64,000 nucleotides of DNA from Paecilomyces variotii (taxonomy: Eukaryota). Every line of letters begins with the position of its first letter. Positions within the stretch are counted from its first letter, which is position 1. This document shows positions 1 through 12,614 of the stretch, in pieces. The stretch lies in assembly GCA_004022145.1 (NCBI GenBank), contig RCNU01000001.1. One strand, written 5' to 3'. Below the pieces are notes generated by a model that was not told the origin of the DNA, searched no databases, and saw only the letters and a program-made list of their open reading frames with translations. Position numbers and translations under genes: made by a program.

Positions 1-206
1 GATACGTGTACTATTTTGATCAAGGCAACGAAACCGTCACGGTCAAGTACCTCAACGGTCTCATCGAACTGATCCACTCGAACCTGCAGACCAACCAAGG
101 CGAAGCCAATGCCAGCCTGGAGGCCCCGAAACGCCACTTCGAGCGCACTCTGGAGTATATCCGATCGAGAGAATACGAAGGAGTCATCACTGAGGCGCGG
201 ACGTGA
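1..206 (+). CDS. vps35: Retromer subunit Vps35, C-terminal end (partial, runs off window start)
   Basis: YYFDQGNETVTVKYLNGLIELIHSNL...KRHFERTLEYI matches my recollection of the fungal Vps35 C-terminus; stop TGA at 204-206. Confidence 0.8.
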   Translation, partial: YVYYFDQGNETVTVKYLNGLIELIHSNLQTNQGEANASLEAPKRHFERTLEYIRSREYEGVITEART

Positions 207-1232
207 TGAACGCATGCACACCAGTGGAGAGAAAGAGGAGCGCGGGAGGAAGTAAGTTGAAATAATCCGTATATGCATCGTGTATGTTATGACGGGTGAC
301 GGTAGAGAGGAGAGCAGGCAGAAGATGACAGCGATGTAAAATGCAGCGTGAATGATATTCTAACAGAGCCAACCAAAGACCCTTTTTTCTTTTTCCTTTT
401 CCCCTCTTTTTCCAGAACCTAGGTATTTTATACTAGCAGTGTACTATGCATTGAATATAATGCGATCGCAATTATACCAGCCTCTTCAAGTATCAATGTA
501 CGATGTTCATCTCACCTTCCTCCTTCTAGCGAGACGCATTTGATGCAAGTATGTCTTATCCGCCTCTTATCTACCTCCACAACACGCCACTATTACAGAA
601 TATTTAGGTATACTACCTCCCCAAGCAATTTACGTGGAGAATACGCAAAGGGACATCGGAAGTGCAAAATGGAAGATGAGAAGTAAAGGCATCCTAGAAC
701 AACCATCCCATATCTGGTTGTCTGAGTGCCCTGTATCAATGTTCATTTGTCATTGGCTTCATGAGGAGTAAAGAAAAAGCCCTGCCCCTTTTTTTCCTGC
801 AAAAAAAAAGGAACAAAGCAAGAGAAACTCGACAAAACAGAGCGTAGCCTCTTCCGGGCTACATACAATACACGGGGACATCAGGGTAAAGCATAGAGAA
901 CAAAGCACTCGATACGGGGGTCGAGGAAGAAGACAAACGCGTACGCCCTTCGTACAGGTAGTATGATGATTCGTGAATATCAGGACATGCAATTGCTGAT
1001 CACGGAGTTTACGCTTCTCCATGGGAATCGCTGCATAACTGTGAATGGGCATACATAACAAGATTAGGAAGGAAGACGCAGGAACCAGACAACTAGAGTA
1101 ATCGAACAGAACAGAACAGAGGTAAACTCAGGATGACGACGCCACGGTGCTCCGGAAAACAAAACCAGACAAGCAACCGAAATGCATGAGAAAGAAAAGC
1201 AGCCAGATCAGCTGTGGTGAATAAGAATAAGC

Positions 1233-4200
1233 TTAGAAGCCCGCCGTCGGTGAAGAAAACTGCCTCCCAGCTGTGCCAATACCGCCAAATGCGGGCAGGC
1301 TGTGGCTAGGGACTGGGCTACCGATATCTCCAGGGACGATACTGCCCCGATGCCCCGGTAGAGAACTGTTGTTGTCTGGCTCGAATTTTACAGACTTGCC
1401 GTTCTCACCTTCATCTTTGATGATGAAAGTGCCACCACCGTTCTGGTGGTTGCCTTCCGTATCACAGATGTCCAACATTTCCGCCAGAGAAATTGGAGGC
1501 TCGTTCGGAGGTCTCAGTTGATCAACCTGCGTCAAGATTCGGTTGACATGGTGGAAGCCTGCTGTTCCCTTGGACGTAGGACTCAATGTATTAAGCTGCT
1601 TGCAAGCCTGGATGACAAGCAGCCGAATAGTGACAGGACGAGACGTATGAGCGCGATGATGTCCACCAATCCCAAATGCGTTACTTGTCCAACCGCTCCC
1701 TATTTCCTGTTAGCATTTTATGCACGACAACCAACACAGCGGTTGACTAACCTGGTCCAGCTCCCCATGATTGAGCTCCTGGGAAAGCAGTCCCGAAGGG
1801 TAACTGCGGCGCCCAGGTGCTTGAACTACCGGGGAGGCTCGGGTGTTTGGGTGCTACCAGGAGTTGTCAGTACATCTCTTTGGAAGGCGTATATCGACTT
1901 GGACACTTACCGCTAAGAGGATCCGCGAAGAACGGCGATCCCCCAAAGCTCGCACGCGCAGGACCTTGGAATGGTCCCGGAATGGCGCTGACACCCGGAA
2001 GCGACTGGGAAAGGTTTGATGTGAATGGGGCATCCGAATCATTGAGTAGCGCGCTGCTGCCCAGGTGAGCACTGAGATCGTCGATGTCAGAATGAGACGG
2101 CGGTGCTCCTTCCTTCTGCTGATCACGAGGGCTGGTACTAGATGGTCTCTTAATCGCAGACGGACGCGAGATAGGCTGAGTCTGCGTCTGTGAATCAAGA
2201 GACGGCCTGTCAAATGAGCCAGAGGTTTGTCGAGAATGAGCCTGTGACCGGATGCCTTGTGTAGGAAGGGAACCGCCAATCGGCTGCTGGCCGTAAAAAG
2301 GAAGTCCATGGCCTGGATCCAGAGGAAATCCACGCCCGGGGGGCACTGGGCGACTCCCGTTGACACCGGGAGGCACCGTAATGCCATTCGGTGCTGGGAA
2401 ACCCCTGAACTGGCCGCCCATAGGGCCAGACGAAGGCGGATACATAGGTATATCATGGCCCATAAACGGACGTGGTGCCAAACCGGGTGGATTAGACGGC
2501 AACCCGTTGACACCAGGAAAACCAAGCGGCGGTCCTCTTCCAAGAGGAGACAGCGGCGCTGACGGCTGAGGATGATGAAGAACTGGTTGTGGTCCGGAAC
2601 CTTTGAATGAAGCGGCGCTCGAAGTCACTGACGGAGCTGTATGTGGAGATACTGGCGTCTGGGAAAGTTCCGTACCGGCGGGTTGAGACCTTGGAGAAGA
2701 TGTATGAGATCCCTGTTGCGATGGCTGACGAGCGCGCATGGGCGTCGGAGCTTTGGGAACAACAGGGGTGGCGATTTGGAAATGCGGAGAATGAAGACCT
2801 TGAGGATGCTGCAAACCTGGCGGTATAGGAATAGGGCCTGACTGCGACGTCCGTTTTGCAGATGCTTGGGTCTGCTGTCCGGGTTGTCCTTCTCGTTTTG
2901 CGCGCTCTCTGGCCTCCATTTCTGCCTTCGAAGCAGTCTCCTTGTCCTTCTTCGCTTGTTCCTCTCGAGCCTTTCGCTCGCGCTCTTCCCTGGTCTTCCT
3001 CTCTCGAGCTTCACGCTCTTCCCGTTCTTTTCTCTTGGCCTCTTCTCGCTTCTTCCGTTCCCGTTCCTTCTGCTCGCGTTGCTTACGCTCAGCTTCTGCC
3101 TGTCGCTCTCTTTCCTCCTGAAGCCGTTTCTGCTTCTCTGCTTCCTTGCGCAAACGTTCTTCTTCTTGCGCCTTCTTCTCCGCTTCCTTTTTCTTCCGTT
3201 GCTCTTCGCGCTTTCGTCGCTGTTCTTCCTGCTTCTTCTCTTCAAGCGCTCTGGCTGCGGCTTCTTCTGCGGCCCTCTCAGCTTCTCGGCGAGCCCGCTC
3301 TTCCTCTTTGGCTAGTTTCTGCTGTCTCTTCTTATCCTTCTTTTTCTGGGCCTCCCTTGCCTTCTTTGCATTGCGTTGCTCGGTCAGTGTCTGCTCTTCC
3401 ATTAATTCTTGAAGGAGCTTTTGCTGACGCTGCTCTGCTACTTTCTCTCGATATGCAGTTAGTACGCGCTGCTCAAACATCCGAGCGGCGAATATCTGGA
3501 ACATTCGTCTTCCCTCCTCCATACGCTGTTCCTCGGTCATGGCATCCTAAGTATCTGTTAACATCCATTCGAAACTGGGTAGAAGATTGATGTCGCGGAC
3601 CATTTCGTCATCCTCATACTCTTCCTCGTCCTGACTATCATATTCCTCATCTTCCTCATCATCGTAATCTTCCTCATCGAGAGGGCCATGATTATGACCA
3701 GCGTGAAGGGACTGATGTGCCGAGGCAAGCCTGTATTGGGTATCTTCCTCTCGCTGCATTCGACGCTCGGCCAACTGCTCCATCATGTCGATGAAGTGTT
3801 TACCGTCGTTTTTGAGCAAATCGTCTGCGACTGTGAGGATTCCATCTATCGATAGAATGTTAGTTTAGAGATGTATGAGTGCCATAGGGCTTAATTCGAG
3901 AGACTCGTACCTTTCACTGTAAGACTGTTTCCAAACGCGAAGAAATCCGCACGGGCGCTTCGAGTTGCTTCGTCTTCCAGCTCCTCGTCGCTATAGGGCT
4001 CATCATCGTCTTCATCATCTTCATCATATTCCTCCTCTAGTTCTTCATCATCGTCAGGCAACTCGTGCACTCTGCCGCGAGAAGGGTGGTGATGCCCTGT
4101 CATATGACTATGATGGTCGAACGAGCGCAGAGGAGGCTGATAGAGTCGCGGAGGAGGTACGATAGGGGCGCCATTCTCGAAGGAACCTTGGTTGTTGTTC

Positions 4201-5144
4201 GCATACTGTTCGAGCTCTTCGTAGTACGCATCGTAAAGCACCTCTAGTTCCTCCTCGATCGCGGTTCGTTTTCTACCACAGACAGTGCAGCTGCATGAAT
4301 GCTTCTGCTGCTCTTTCATCTTCTTCAAGACCGCGTCCTTCTCAACTTTGACCAGCTGGCGTCGCTCTTCCTCGCCTAGTTCCAGCCAAAAGGTCTTGAT
4401 ATTTTCACGCTCTTCCTGGGTTGAAGTGTTCCAAATGCGGTCTTTCGATACTTTCTGAGCAGATCGTAGGGCGGCATTCGATATAGAAGATGGCGGGCCA
4501 CGTGATGTTGCAGAGAGAGAGGTTGAACTTTCTTCGACCAGATTATGAGAGTCAGAACGACCTTTCTTCCCTTTCTTCTTTTTGGATTTCTTAGATGTTG
4601 ATGGCCGAGTTTGGTCATGTTCATCCTCATCGTGTGATTCATGCCCTTGCTGATGCACGACTCCGTTCTCATCCTCGTAGAAATACACTTCGCCATGGGC
4701 AGGCTCGTAATGACCACCATCATCTACCTCTCTCAGGACATTGTGGGGGTAGTGCGCTGTGTGTCTGGAGGAAGTTTCGTCGCTGATTTCATGTCCATTC
4801 TGATCTGCCTTCGCATAACCATTATTAAGCTGCTGCTCCGCTGCACGCCGAGCAGCTTCTTTCTGCCTTCTCTTCTGCTTCTTCTTATTCACCGATCGCA
4901 CTGCATTCTCTGTTGTTTGGTCCTCGTTGTTTGGTTTCATGGCAGGCGCATCCTGGTCTGCCAGATCACTGGTCGTCGTCGTGGGCATGCTGGTGGATGA
5001 AGCAGGGCTGAGACTGCTTTTGTTGCTCTCAGAAGGAGGTGCTGGCTTCAGCATAGATTTCAGACTCATTCGCGCGTCTGGTGTGGGAGCCTCTTTGGAA
5101 GAGTGACTCGACGCCGTGGCTTGTCGTTTCGAGGTCGCCGGCAT
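1233..5144 (-). CDS. nst1: Stress response protein Nst1 (multi-exon)
   Basis: ORFs 3891-5144, 3547-3819, 1867-3540 and 1233-1586 are joined by GT..AG introns. Motifs: [73 protein letters not shown], long E/K/R coiled coil. Confidence 0.9.
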
Positions 5145-6374
5145 GCTGCTGTTTGATATGGAAACGGCGTGTCAGAACGGCGACACAGAGCACATAGATG
5201 AGACGGACGGAGAAAGAGAGAAGGCCGGTCCAGCTCACGAGACACAGAACAAGGCACGAACCGAGATGTTCAGAGGTCCTGGTCAAAATTGCAGAGAAGC
5301 CCCTCCCAGGGATTGGACTAGAACGGGCGGAGGTGCTAGGAAGAAATGGGGGGGTAAAAAGCTCCAGGCGGGCGGGCCCCGGGAGTCGGAGGGGGAGCGG
5401 AGGGGGACTCTGGCGACAGGACGGCGAGGGAAGGTCGATGAGCAGCCTGGAAGAGCCTGTCTGTTTTGTTCTCTTGAGCAGGCGCAACGAGAGGGCGGGA
5501 TATTGGGGGACGTAGATGGGTTTGGACGGTGGATCTTGGACGCCGGCCTTGGGCGTCCTGGAGAGACTCTGGCTGGCCGTCGTGCCGCTGCCGCAGACGC
5601 CGCAAGCGAGCCCCCGGTACGGTATGCGTACGGTATGCGTACCGTACCCGGTAACGACGTGACAGCCGAGCAGCAACAACGGCTGGATCTGCCCTCGATC
5701 ACCAGTTGACCCGTTCGTCGCGACTGAAAGACTGCGGTTGCGGGGAGCTCGACTCTCGAGGCTTGCGTCTCTCGACTCTTGTCGCTCTTCGACGTGTTTG
5801 GTATATCGTGGCCGGCCCCTCTGGTCTATCCCGACGGCAGAGACACTTCCCGTCTGGTCTCAGGTTTCCCCCGAGTCTCAGACACGCCAGCTGCTCCCAG
5901 GCCGCCCATCCTCAGCTGAATCGAACCCCCAGTCAACGGTTATCTTCGACGCCCTTTTCCCCCAGTCCGATCCCCAGGGGTACTCGTGTTATTCTATCGA
6001 TTCTCGCTTCTCTGTTCGTGGCGGATTTCAGCTATCCCTCGTTGCGATCCATCGATCTATCTGGCTGCCTGTGACTAGTTGGATTCCCCCGACCATCAGA
6101 CACCCGCGTTGCGACCCGACCTCCTGGACCCTATTTACATCACAGAGGAATCGAGCGCGCCCCAGAGAGTGTCTTCATAAACAGTCTACGATTCCTGCTG
6201 TGCCGCATCTCAACCAGCAGACTCACCATCGGCCCTCCCTCTTCGATCGCGACGGTGCCTGCCGTACCGCAATTGCATCTGAGCGGTGGCCTCCCAGTCG
6301 GCTACGTGTTGGCTGATATCCAGTCTAAACCGTCTGCTTGACATAGGATTCGAAGGTTTCAACTACTGGCAACA

Positions 6375-7456
6375 ATGGCGCAACAACAGGTGGACAACGT
6401 GATGCGAAGGTACGTGATTTGAGATGTGGTTATAGAGGAAGCCGGCATGGATATTCTCTTATCAACCCCATCGATCACCATCACCAAAACCTGTGCCCAA
6501 GTATTGTTTCGGTGCTGCCTTCGGTCGGGATGCGGCCTAAAAGCTCTCGATGGCGGTATCGCCGCGTCACTCGCATGCCCCCTTAAATCGGTCTCTTTGC
6601 ACGATATGTCTGATATGTCTACACATATACTATGTGTCTTTTGATCAGTGGAGTATAACCGCTAACGTTTGAGATGTATACAGGAAGCTGGTTATTATCG
6701 GGGACGGTGCTTGTGGTAAGACCAGTCTTCTGAGCGTGTTTACTCTAGGGTACTTTCCAACAGTATGTGTACTCCCGCGCCCCTCAAAATATGTTTGTCA
6801 GCCATGCTAACCAATCACTCCGCAACAGCATTATGTCAGTTCCCTATGATACTTGGTTCAAGGGCCGACAAAATACGACGCTTTGCTAACATGTTACGTT
6901 AGGTCCCGACGGTGTTTGAGAACTATGTGACAGATTGCCGTGTGGATGGCCGGTCGGTCCAGCTTGCATTATGGGATACGGCCGGTCAAGAAGACTATGA
7001 ACGGCTCCGGCCGTTGGCATATTCTAAAGCACATGTGCTTCTGGTCGCATTTTCTGTAGATACGCCGGACTCGCTGGAAAACGTCAAGCATAAGGTATGT
7101 GGACGGAAATCGAATCACCAGGCATCGTAGCCTGTTATCATACCTCGTTATCTAACTCCAGGGAGCAGTGGATCGAGGAAGCCAATGAGCGATGTCCCGG
7201 CGTCCCCGTTATTCTTGTTGGGCTAAAGAAGGATCTTCGTGAAGACCCAGTTGCCATTGAGGAGATGCGAAAGAAATCGCTGCGCTTTGTGACTACCAAA
7301 GAAGGAAGCGATACGGCGACGCAGGTCGGTGCCCGAAAGTATCTCGAATGCTCGTCCTTGACTGGCGAGGGTGTCGACGATGTCTTCGAGGCTGCCACGC
7401 GAGCCGCACTTCTCACGTTTGACAAGGAAAAAAGTTCATGCTGTACGATCCTATGA
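6375..7456 (+). CDS. rho2: Rho2-type small GTPase; exons ~6375-6409, 6684-6762, 6829-6834, 6903-7094, 7169-7456
   Basis: [52 protein letters not shown]-terminal CCTIL CAAX box; canonical splice sites. Confidence 0.92.
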
Positions 7457-8821
7457 CCGACCCGCCCTATCTTATGCGACTACTCTCGAACTTACGCCTG
7501 CTCTGTTCTTCGGTTGATCGATTCGCATCAGTAATGAACGTAGAGGATATACCCTCCAGCGCATGCTGCGTTCCTGTCCCTGCTTCGAACATTCCGTGTG
7601 TGCTTCAGTAGCTCAGCGCAAGCGTGTTTGTCTGACTCCATTTTATTCGCCTGCGCGCTCACTGCTTTCACGGGAATACCGGAACAGCAGTGATCGAGTA
7701 GGTTCTGTGGATACATATTTTGTTGCATGAGTGGCGTTTGGGAGGTGTTTTGTGTGTTTATATGCTCGCCTTCCACGCTTCTTGTTCTTCTTCCCTTTAT
7801 CACAAATGGTCTTCCATGTCAGCTCATGTGTGAGGAACTATGCTCGCTTCCCAATTAACGGCTGCCTCTCCATTCTTTCAGATACACATCTATGTGCCTA
7901 CTTTGTCCTTTCGGGTCGTATCTTTTTTTTCTGCTCATACCGTGAACCGCTCCTTTTCCTCTTTTCTTCTACATTCTTGTTTCTGAAGATGCACATGTCT
8001 GATGACGAAATACCTCCATTCCTTCTTTTCCCTATTGCCTTTCGAGTCCTTTGATCCCTTGATGCTTATGGTCCGGTCACCGCTCTTTCCTGCTATCTTC
8101 CGCACCAATTAGTTTCAAACGGGCCTGGCCCTGGCTTACAATAATCTGCCGTCAGGGTGCGGAGCAATGAGCCCGTTGGTTGACAGATGTCGACGCAGAG
8201 AATACGCAAGAAAATACATCTTGCTAAGCACACTTGAAATATTCCGGACTTGGAAACAAAAAGCTATTGGACAATGTCCAACGCCTTTTCTCTTTTTGCC
8301 CTTAATTCGATCTACATGCTTATTATGAGTTTTGTCGTCTGTTATCTCTTCAAGCGTCTGTCTAAACTAAAATAGAAGTTAAAGTTTCCTTTTATCGATC
8401 ATATACTGTCTTTTTTGTATCTTTTCTTTTTTTTTGGATATCTTAGAATGAAAGCTTTAGATTGGAACCAACTTGGTCGTAATTCGTCCGGGATGTGATA
8501 AGACACTCAGATACCAGTAATGCACTCAGAATGACTTTCCAACAGGAGCCAATATTGATAAACATATGTTTTGGAAATAAAAATCGTAAAAAAAAAATAG
8601 GAACACGGAAACAACGTAGGTATTGTACAGTTACATATAATACGCATCTTTCTCTTCTGAGAAGGCGGCCACGATTCTGCGTAGCTTTGACAAGACTCTC
8701 TCTTTCCATCACCATTTATCATCATGATAACGATACGACCTCGACACGGCAGTCTCTCCGATCATAGATTTTCGCCTTTTCGATTTCTTTTCCCATCTCC
8801 AATCCCCAACACAGGCCGAAC

Positions 8822-9485
8822 TCACGCCCTCTTCCACTCATGATTCCACCCATCCTTACTCGGCCCCTCCGTCTGCATCCGTCCATACTCAATGGGAAAC
8901 ATATCCGTAAACACACCCCTCTTATTCATCGACACGCGGAACAGCTTTCCGCCATCCCCGGCGCCAGTCCGCAGCTCCTCGCACGCCGCCTGCATGGCCT
9001 GCCATTGTCGCTGGAGCTCGAGCTGGCGCTTCTGACGGAGCTGGGCTTGGTAGAGGTTCCAGGCGCGGTGGATCGTCCAGTGGCGGAGGTAGCGGGTTCG
9101 AGAGAAGCGGAGAGGACGAGGCGTGAGAGGGTGCCAGAGGAAGTAGCGGATTAAAGCTGTTAAATGTTTTAGTTGATTGTTTCTCTTTTTTCGATGTCAA
9201 AGGCATATATATATATATATATAATGTAGAAGGGAAGGGAAGGGAGATCGGGAAAAACATACTAACTCGCCTATCAGTCTTCGGAGCCATTCCCTTATCC
9301 CTCTTTGCCAACGAGCTCGTCGATGAGAATGGTCTCAAACCCACCACAGCAGCAGTGGTCTGGCCCGTCGTTTTCCTCAGGATATTCGTCGCAGTATCAC
9401 ATACTCGTCCGACAACCACCGCCGGTCTTGACGGAGCGGAGATCGGGTTCTTGAACACGTTCGCGAGGAACGTGAGTGGCCGCAT
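8822..9485 (-). CDS. Mitochondrial large ribosomal subunit protein mL40 (MrpL28-like), 2 exons
   Basis: Basic N-terminal presequence; exon 2 reads LIRYFLWHPLTPRPLRFSRTRYLRHWTIHRAW...FPIEYGRMQTEGPSKDGWNHEWKRA*. Confidence 0.75.
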
Positions 9486-10201
9486 GTTGGCTTTTTTTTT
9501 GTGGTCTGTCTTGAACCCTTACTCCCTGCTGGACTCTATCTTCGGGCGGGATCGGTGTATTCGATACTGATTTATGGGAAGAGGACGGAGATTCGGCTCG
9601 AGCAACGCGCAGTCGAGGCTCGGAGGGTATTCTTTAGGGATGGATGGGAATCGGTATCAGATCGGGGGAGCGCTGGGGGAGAAAATTAGCCGCGGACACT
9701 AACTAGCGCTGTCCATTAAGCGCCGGCCAACCGAAGTCATTGATGATCGTCGCGTGGGCGGTCAGCGACCCCAGGAACGCGCCTTATTTGACAGTAGCAA
9801 TAATAGAGAGAGCACCGAGTGTTCTGAATTATAGTAGTTAGATTTTATATTAAAGCGGAGACTATGTACAATGATCATTGCTTCTGGAGATGCTTGGTTT
9901 TTATTGAACCAGCTTTTGTGTAGCGTAATTTGACCACAAGGTCCGCATAACTGTACTCCTGTATGTATGGCCATTACCAATAATACCGGGGAGAGCCTCA
10001 ACCAGAACAAGGCCTCGACAGTAATGCATAAGAAGCCGGTCAATGGGTAGGATGACCGGGAAAGAGAGCTTCGAAATCCGACATATATAATAGTGCTACC
10101 ATTGCCGCCCGAAACGCCACAAACAATGCATCATCACCGGTTTGATCATGAAAGAAAGAAAAAAAGAGGGAGATTGACCCGGGTATATCATCTTGAGGGC
10201 A

Positions 10202-11737
10202 TCATCTCCCTACCACCTGCTTCTTTGTTCGGTCATAGTTCAGCACTCTCCTCTTCCTGTGCGTCTGCGCTAGCTTCCAGCGGCAGTATAGGATCAGGGC
10301 ATCCTTCAACAAGACAAAGAGGCAACCTCCAACAACACTGCGACCCCACCGCGACTGCAGCAGTCCAGGCTTTGCGCGGTCCAAGACAGAGGACGGCGTG
10401 GTCCAGGACCTAGGCAGAATGTACTTCAATATTCCACCCATACCTGCCGATATGGCTGGGAAGAGGAGGGCGCCAAGTATGGTGTCTGCGACATTGCTCG
10501 TATCATGGATCAAGTCATCATGGCGTCGCCCAAGAAGCGGACCGCCCTGACCGTTCTGGCCCCCTTGAGCCGCTTGTCCACCGGCAGCACCTTGCTGATT
10601 ATTCCCCGCTCCAAGACCTAGCATCGCTTGTGGCTGGTCATTGTCATCACCCATGCCAACCTGCAACTCAAGATCAATCTCCATAAGAATCTGTCCATCG
10701 CCAATGTCTCCTAGCGGTGGCAGTGCTGCATTAGCCGGATCCTGCTGTATATCGGGGTCCTCCGCCTCCCCAGCGCGCGGTTGCACTTCTGCAATCCACT
10801 TTCTCTCAAGCTTTCCAAAGAGTCTGTCGTACAGTGCATTGTAGAAACTCTTGACGTAAGGTAACGCAGCAAAAGTCATGGCAGCACTCGGTGGCCACAG
10901 GTCAATATCCGCTTCATGTCCACCGGGGCTATGGGTGGCAAAAAACAGCACAGGTATCGCAGGTAGGAGACCCTCCGCGTAACGGGTCCTAGAGAATATC
11001 AAGGCCAGAGGGATGAGCGGCAGACCGAGGTTCAGGGCCGGACTCCATGCCCCATCCACGCTATCCTCGAATATTCGTCTAGCATCTTCCGGGCCAAAGA
11101 CAAGATACAGCGAGTAGACGCCATGTGCGCAACATCCAGCCCAGACGGTCCCAGCCAGCGTAAATACCATTCCCGGCAGCACCAATCTGCCCGCTATCCG
11201 CTCCATTGAACGAACGAGATCGACGATGTAACTCCGCGGACGCGAGATCACGATTTCCGATTTGCACTGCGGACACAGCATCTTCGCTGCGCCTCCATTC
11301 CGCTTGCGTGATTTCGGGTTCTCCAGATCTGCCAACCAGTCCAGCAAACAAGACTCATGAGCCGTCAAAGCACACGGACACGGCGAGCGCCATTCCGAGC
11401 TGAACGGCGTATCCTCCGTCTCATCCATATAACAAATCCAACATTTCTTGGGTTCCTCATCCGCAGCATCAACAACCGTAGGCGAGGCCTCAGGCGATAC
11501 GACCGTAGCCTCTGACACATCCGCCGGCGTCGGCTCTCTCGAATCCGAATCGCGCGCCGCGGAAGACGGTCTATTCAAGAAGACCGTTTCTGAGTCCTCA
11601 AACGTTTCCGATGACGTTTGGTTCCGATCATTGTTCGCTCCAGAGGAGAACATCTCGTCGTTGCCTGATGTCGAGGGAGCATCCGACGACCTGGACCGGC
11701 CGCCGGCGGCAGTATACCTAGGCGGAAGTGCAGCCAT
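10202..11737 (-). CDS. RING-CH (RINGv/MARCH5-like) membrane E3 ubiquitin ligase
   Basis: CWIC...WRSPCPCALTAHESCLLDW...CPQC RINGv motif followed by hydrophobic segments; single 511-aa ORF. Confidence 0.85.
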   Translation of the reverse strand: MAALPPRYTAAGGRSRSSDAPSTSGNDEMFSSGANNDRNQTSSETFEDSETVFLNRPSSAARDSDSREPTPADVSEATVVSPEASPTVVDAADEEPKKCWICYMDETEDTPFSSEWRSPCPCALTAHESCLLDWLADLENPKSRKRNGGAAKMLCPQCKSEIVISRPRSYIVDLVRSMERIAGRLVLPGMVFTLAGTVWAGCCAHGVYSLYLVFGPEDARRIFEDSVDGAWSPALNLGLPLIPLALIFSRTRYAEGLLPAIPVLFFATHSPGGHEADIDLWPPSAAMTFAALPYVKSFYNALYDRLFGKLERKWIAEVQPRAGEAEDPDIQQDPANAALPPLGDIGDGQILMEIDLELQVGMGDDNDQPQAMLGLGAGNNQQGAAGGQAAQGGQNGQGGPLLGRRHDDLIHDTSNVADTILGALLFPAISAGMGGILKYILPRSWTTPSSVLDRAKPGLLQSRWGRSVVGGCLFVLLKDALILYCRWKLAQTHRKRRVLNYDRTKKQVVGR

Positions 11738-11947
11738 CCTTTCACGACGTTAACTCGGAATGAGATAGTTCAGATAATCTTGGTCTGAATGACCAGAGAA
11801 GTCATCTCATGTCGTAGCTAGAGAGACGAAGAAAATGGGTGGGATGGAGTGAGTAGCAGGAAAGTGATGCGGAGTGGCCAAATGGAGAGCTGCCTCTCTC
11901 AAATGAGGGACGGACCGGCTGCGGAGAACGTCAGCGAGACGAATATG

Positions 11948-11957
11948 GTCACGTGAC
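11948..11957. promoter_or_regulatory. Palindromic E-box GTCACGTGAC upstream of the RING-CH gene
   Basis: Perfect 10-bp palindrome with a CACGTG core about 210 bp upstream of the ATG. Confidence 0.35.
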
Positions 11958-12614
11958 GAGTGCGGGCAATGCCGAGGTTCGCCGTTGCTTCTGACTAGAT
12001 ATTAATTATTCAATGCTAGTTAGCAAATATGGTAGTTAACTAGCTGATTGTGAAATGCCAGGGTTACGCCTTCGTGAACACATGCTTCTACGTAATTTGA
12101 TCTACTATTGGAGAGCATAGAAAGTGCGTCATAGCGCATCTACAGCCTACAGTACCGTGTGCAAGGAAACGAGGAAAGCAGATGAAGTTGTAAGAAACGT
12201 TTCAATACCCGCTGCTGAATGCAAGATGCTTTTTGTAATGCTCCGTTGGAAATGCTATTCCTATATTCCTCCAAATGCGACCGTTCGATACCAAGGCAGG
12301 TAAGGAAATCAGATTATGTACATGATGGTGCTACAAAAACGTTGGCAGAAACTCGAACCCAAGCCCTTGGGGATTATGTGGGAAAAGATCTGAAAAAGGC
12401 CGAGATCTTGTTGACATTGTCGTGCTTAAGATCGGCTGATAATTCTTTTTTTGGTTGTTGTTTCTTCTTCTCTCAGAGCCACAAAAGTGCGACTTTTTTG
12501 ACCCGCCAAACGCCGTGGATATCAACGGAATATCATCATCAAAGACCAAAGGGCCGCGGTCCAGGAGAGCCGCGGGTTGAGCAAGGAAAAACCGCTAATG
12601 TTTCAATTGAAATT

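Noticed and set aside
2625-3590. Several overlapping ORFs over the NST1 coiled coil
   Set aside because: Artefacts of purine-rich, low-complexity coding sequence
5029-6316. Multiple 100-216 aa ORFs between NST1 and RHO2
   Set aside because: GC-rich promoter/5'UTR sequence; P/R/S-rich translations, mostly without an ATG start and with no domains
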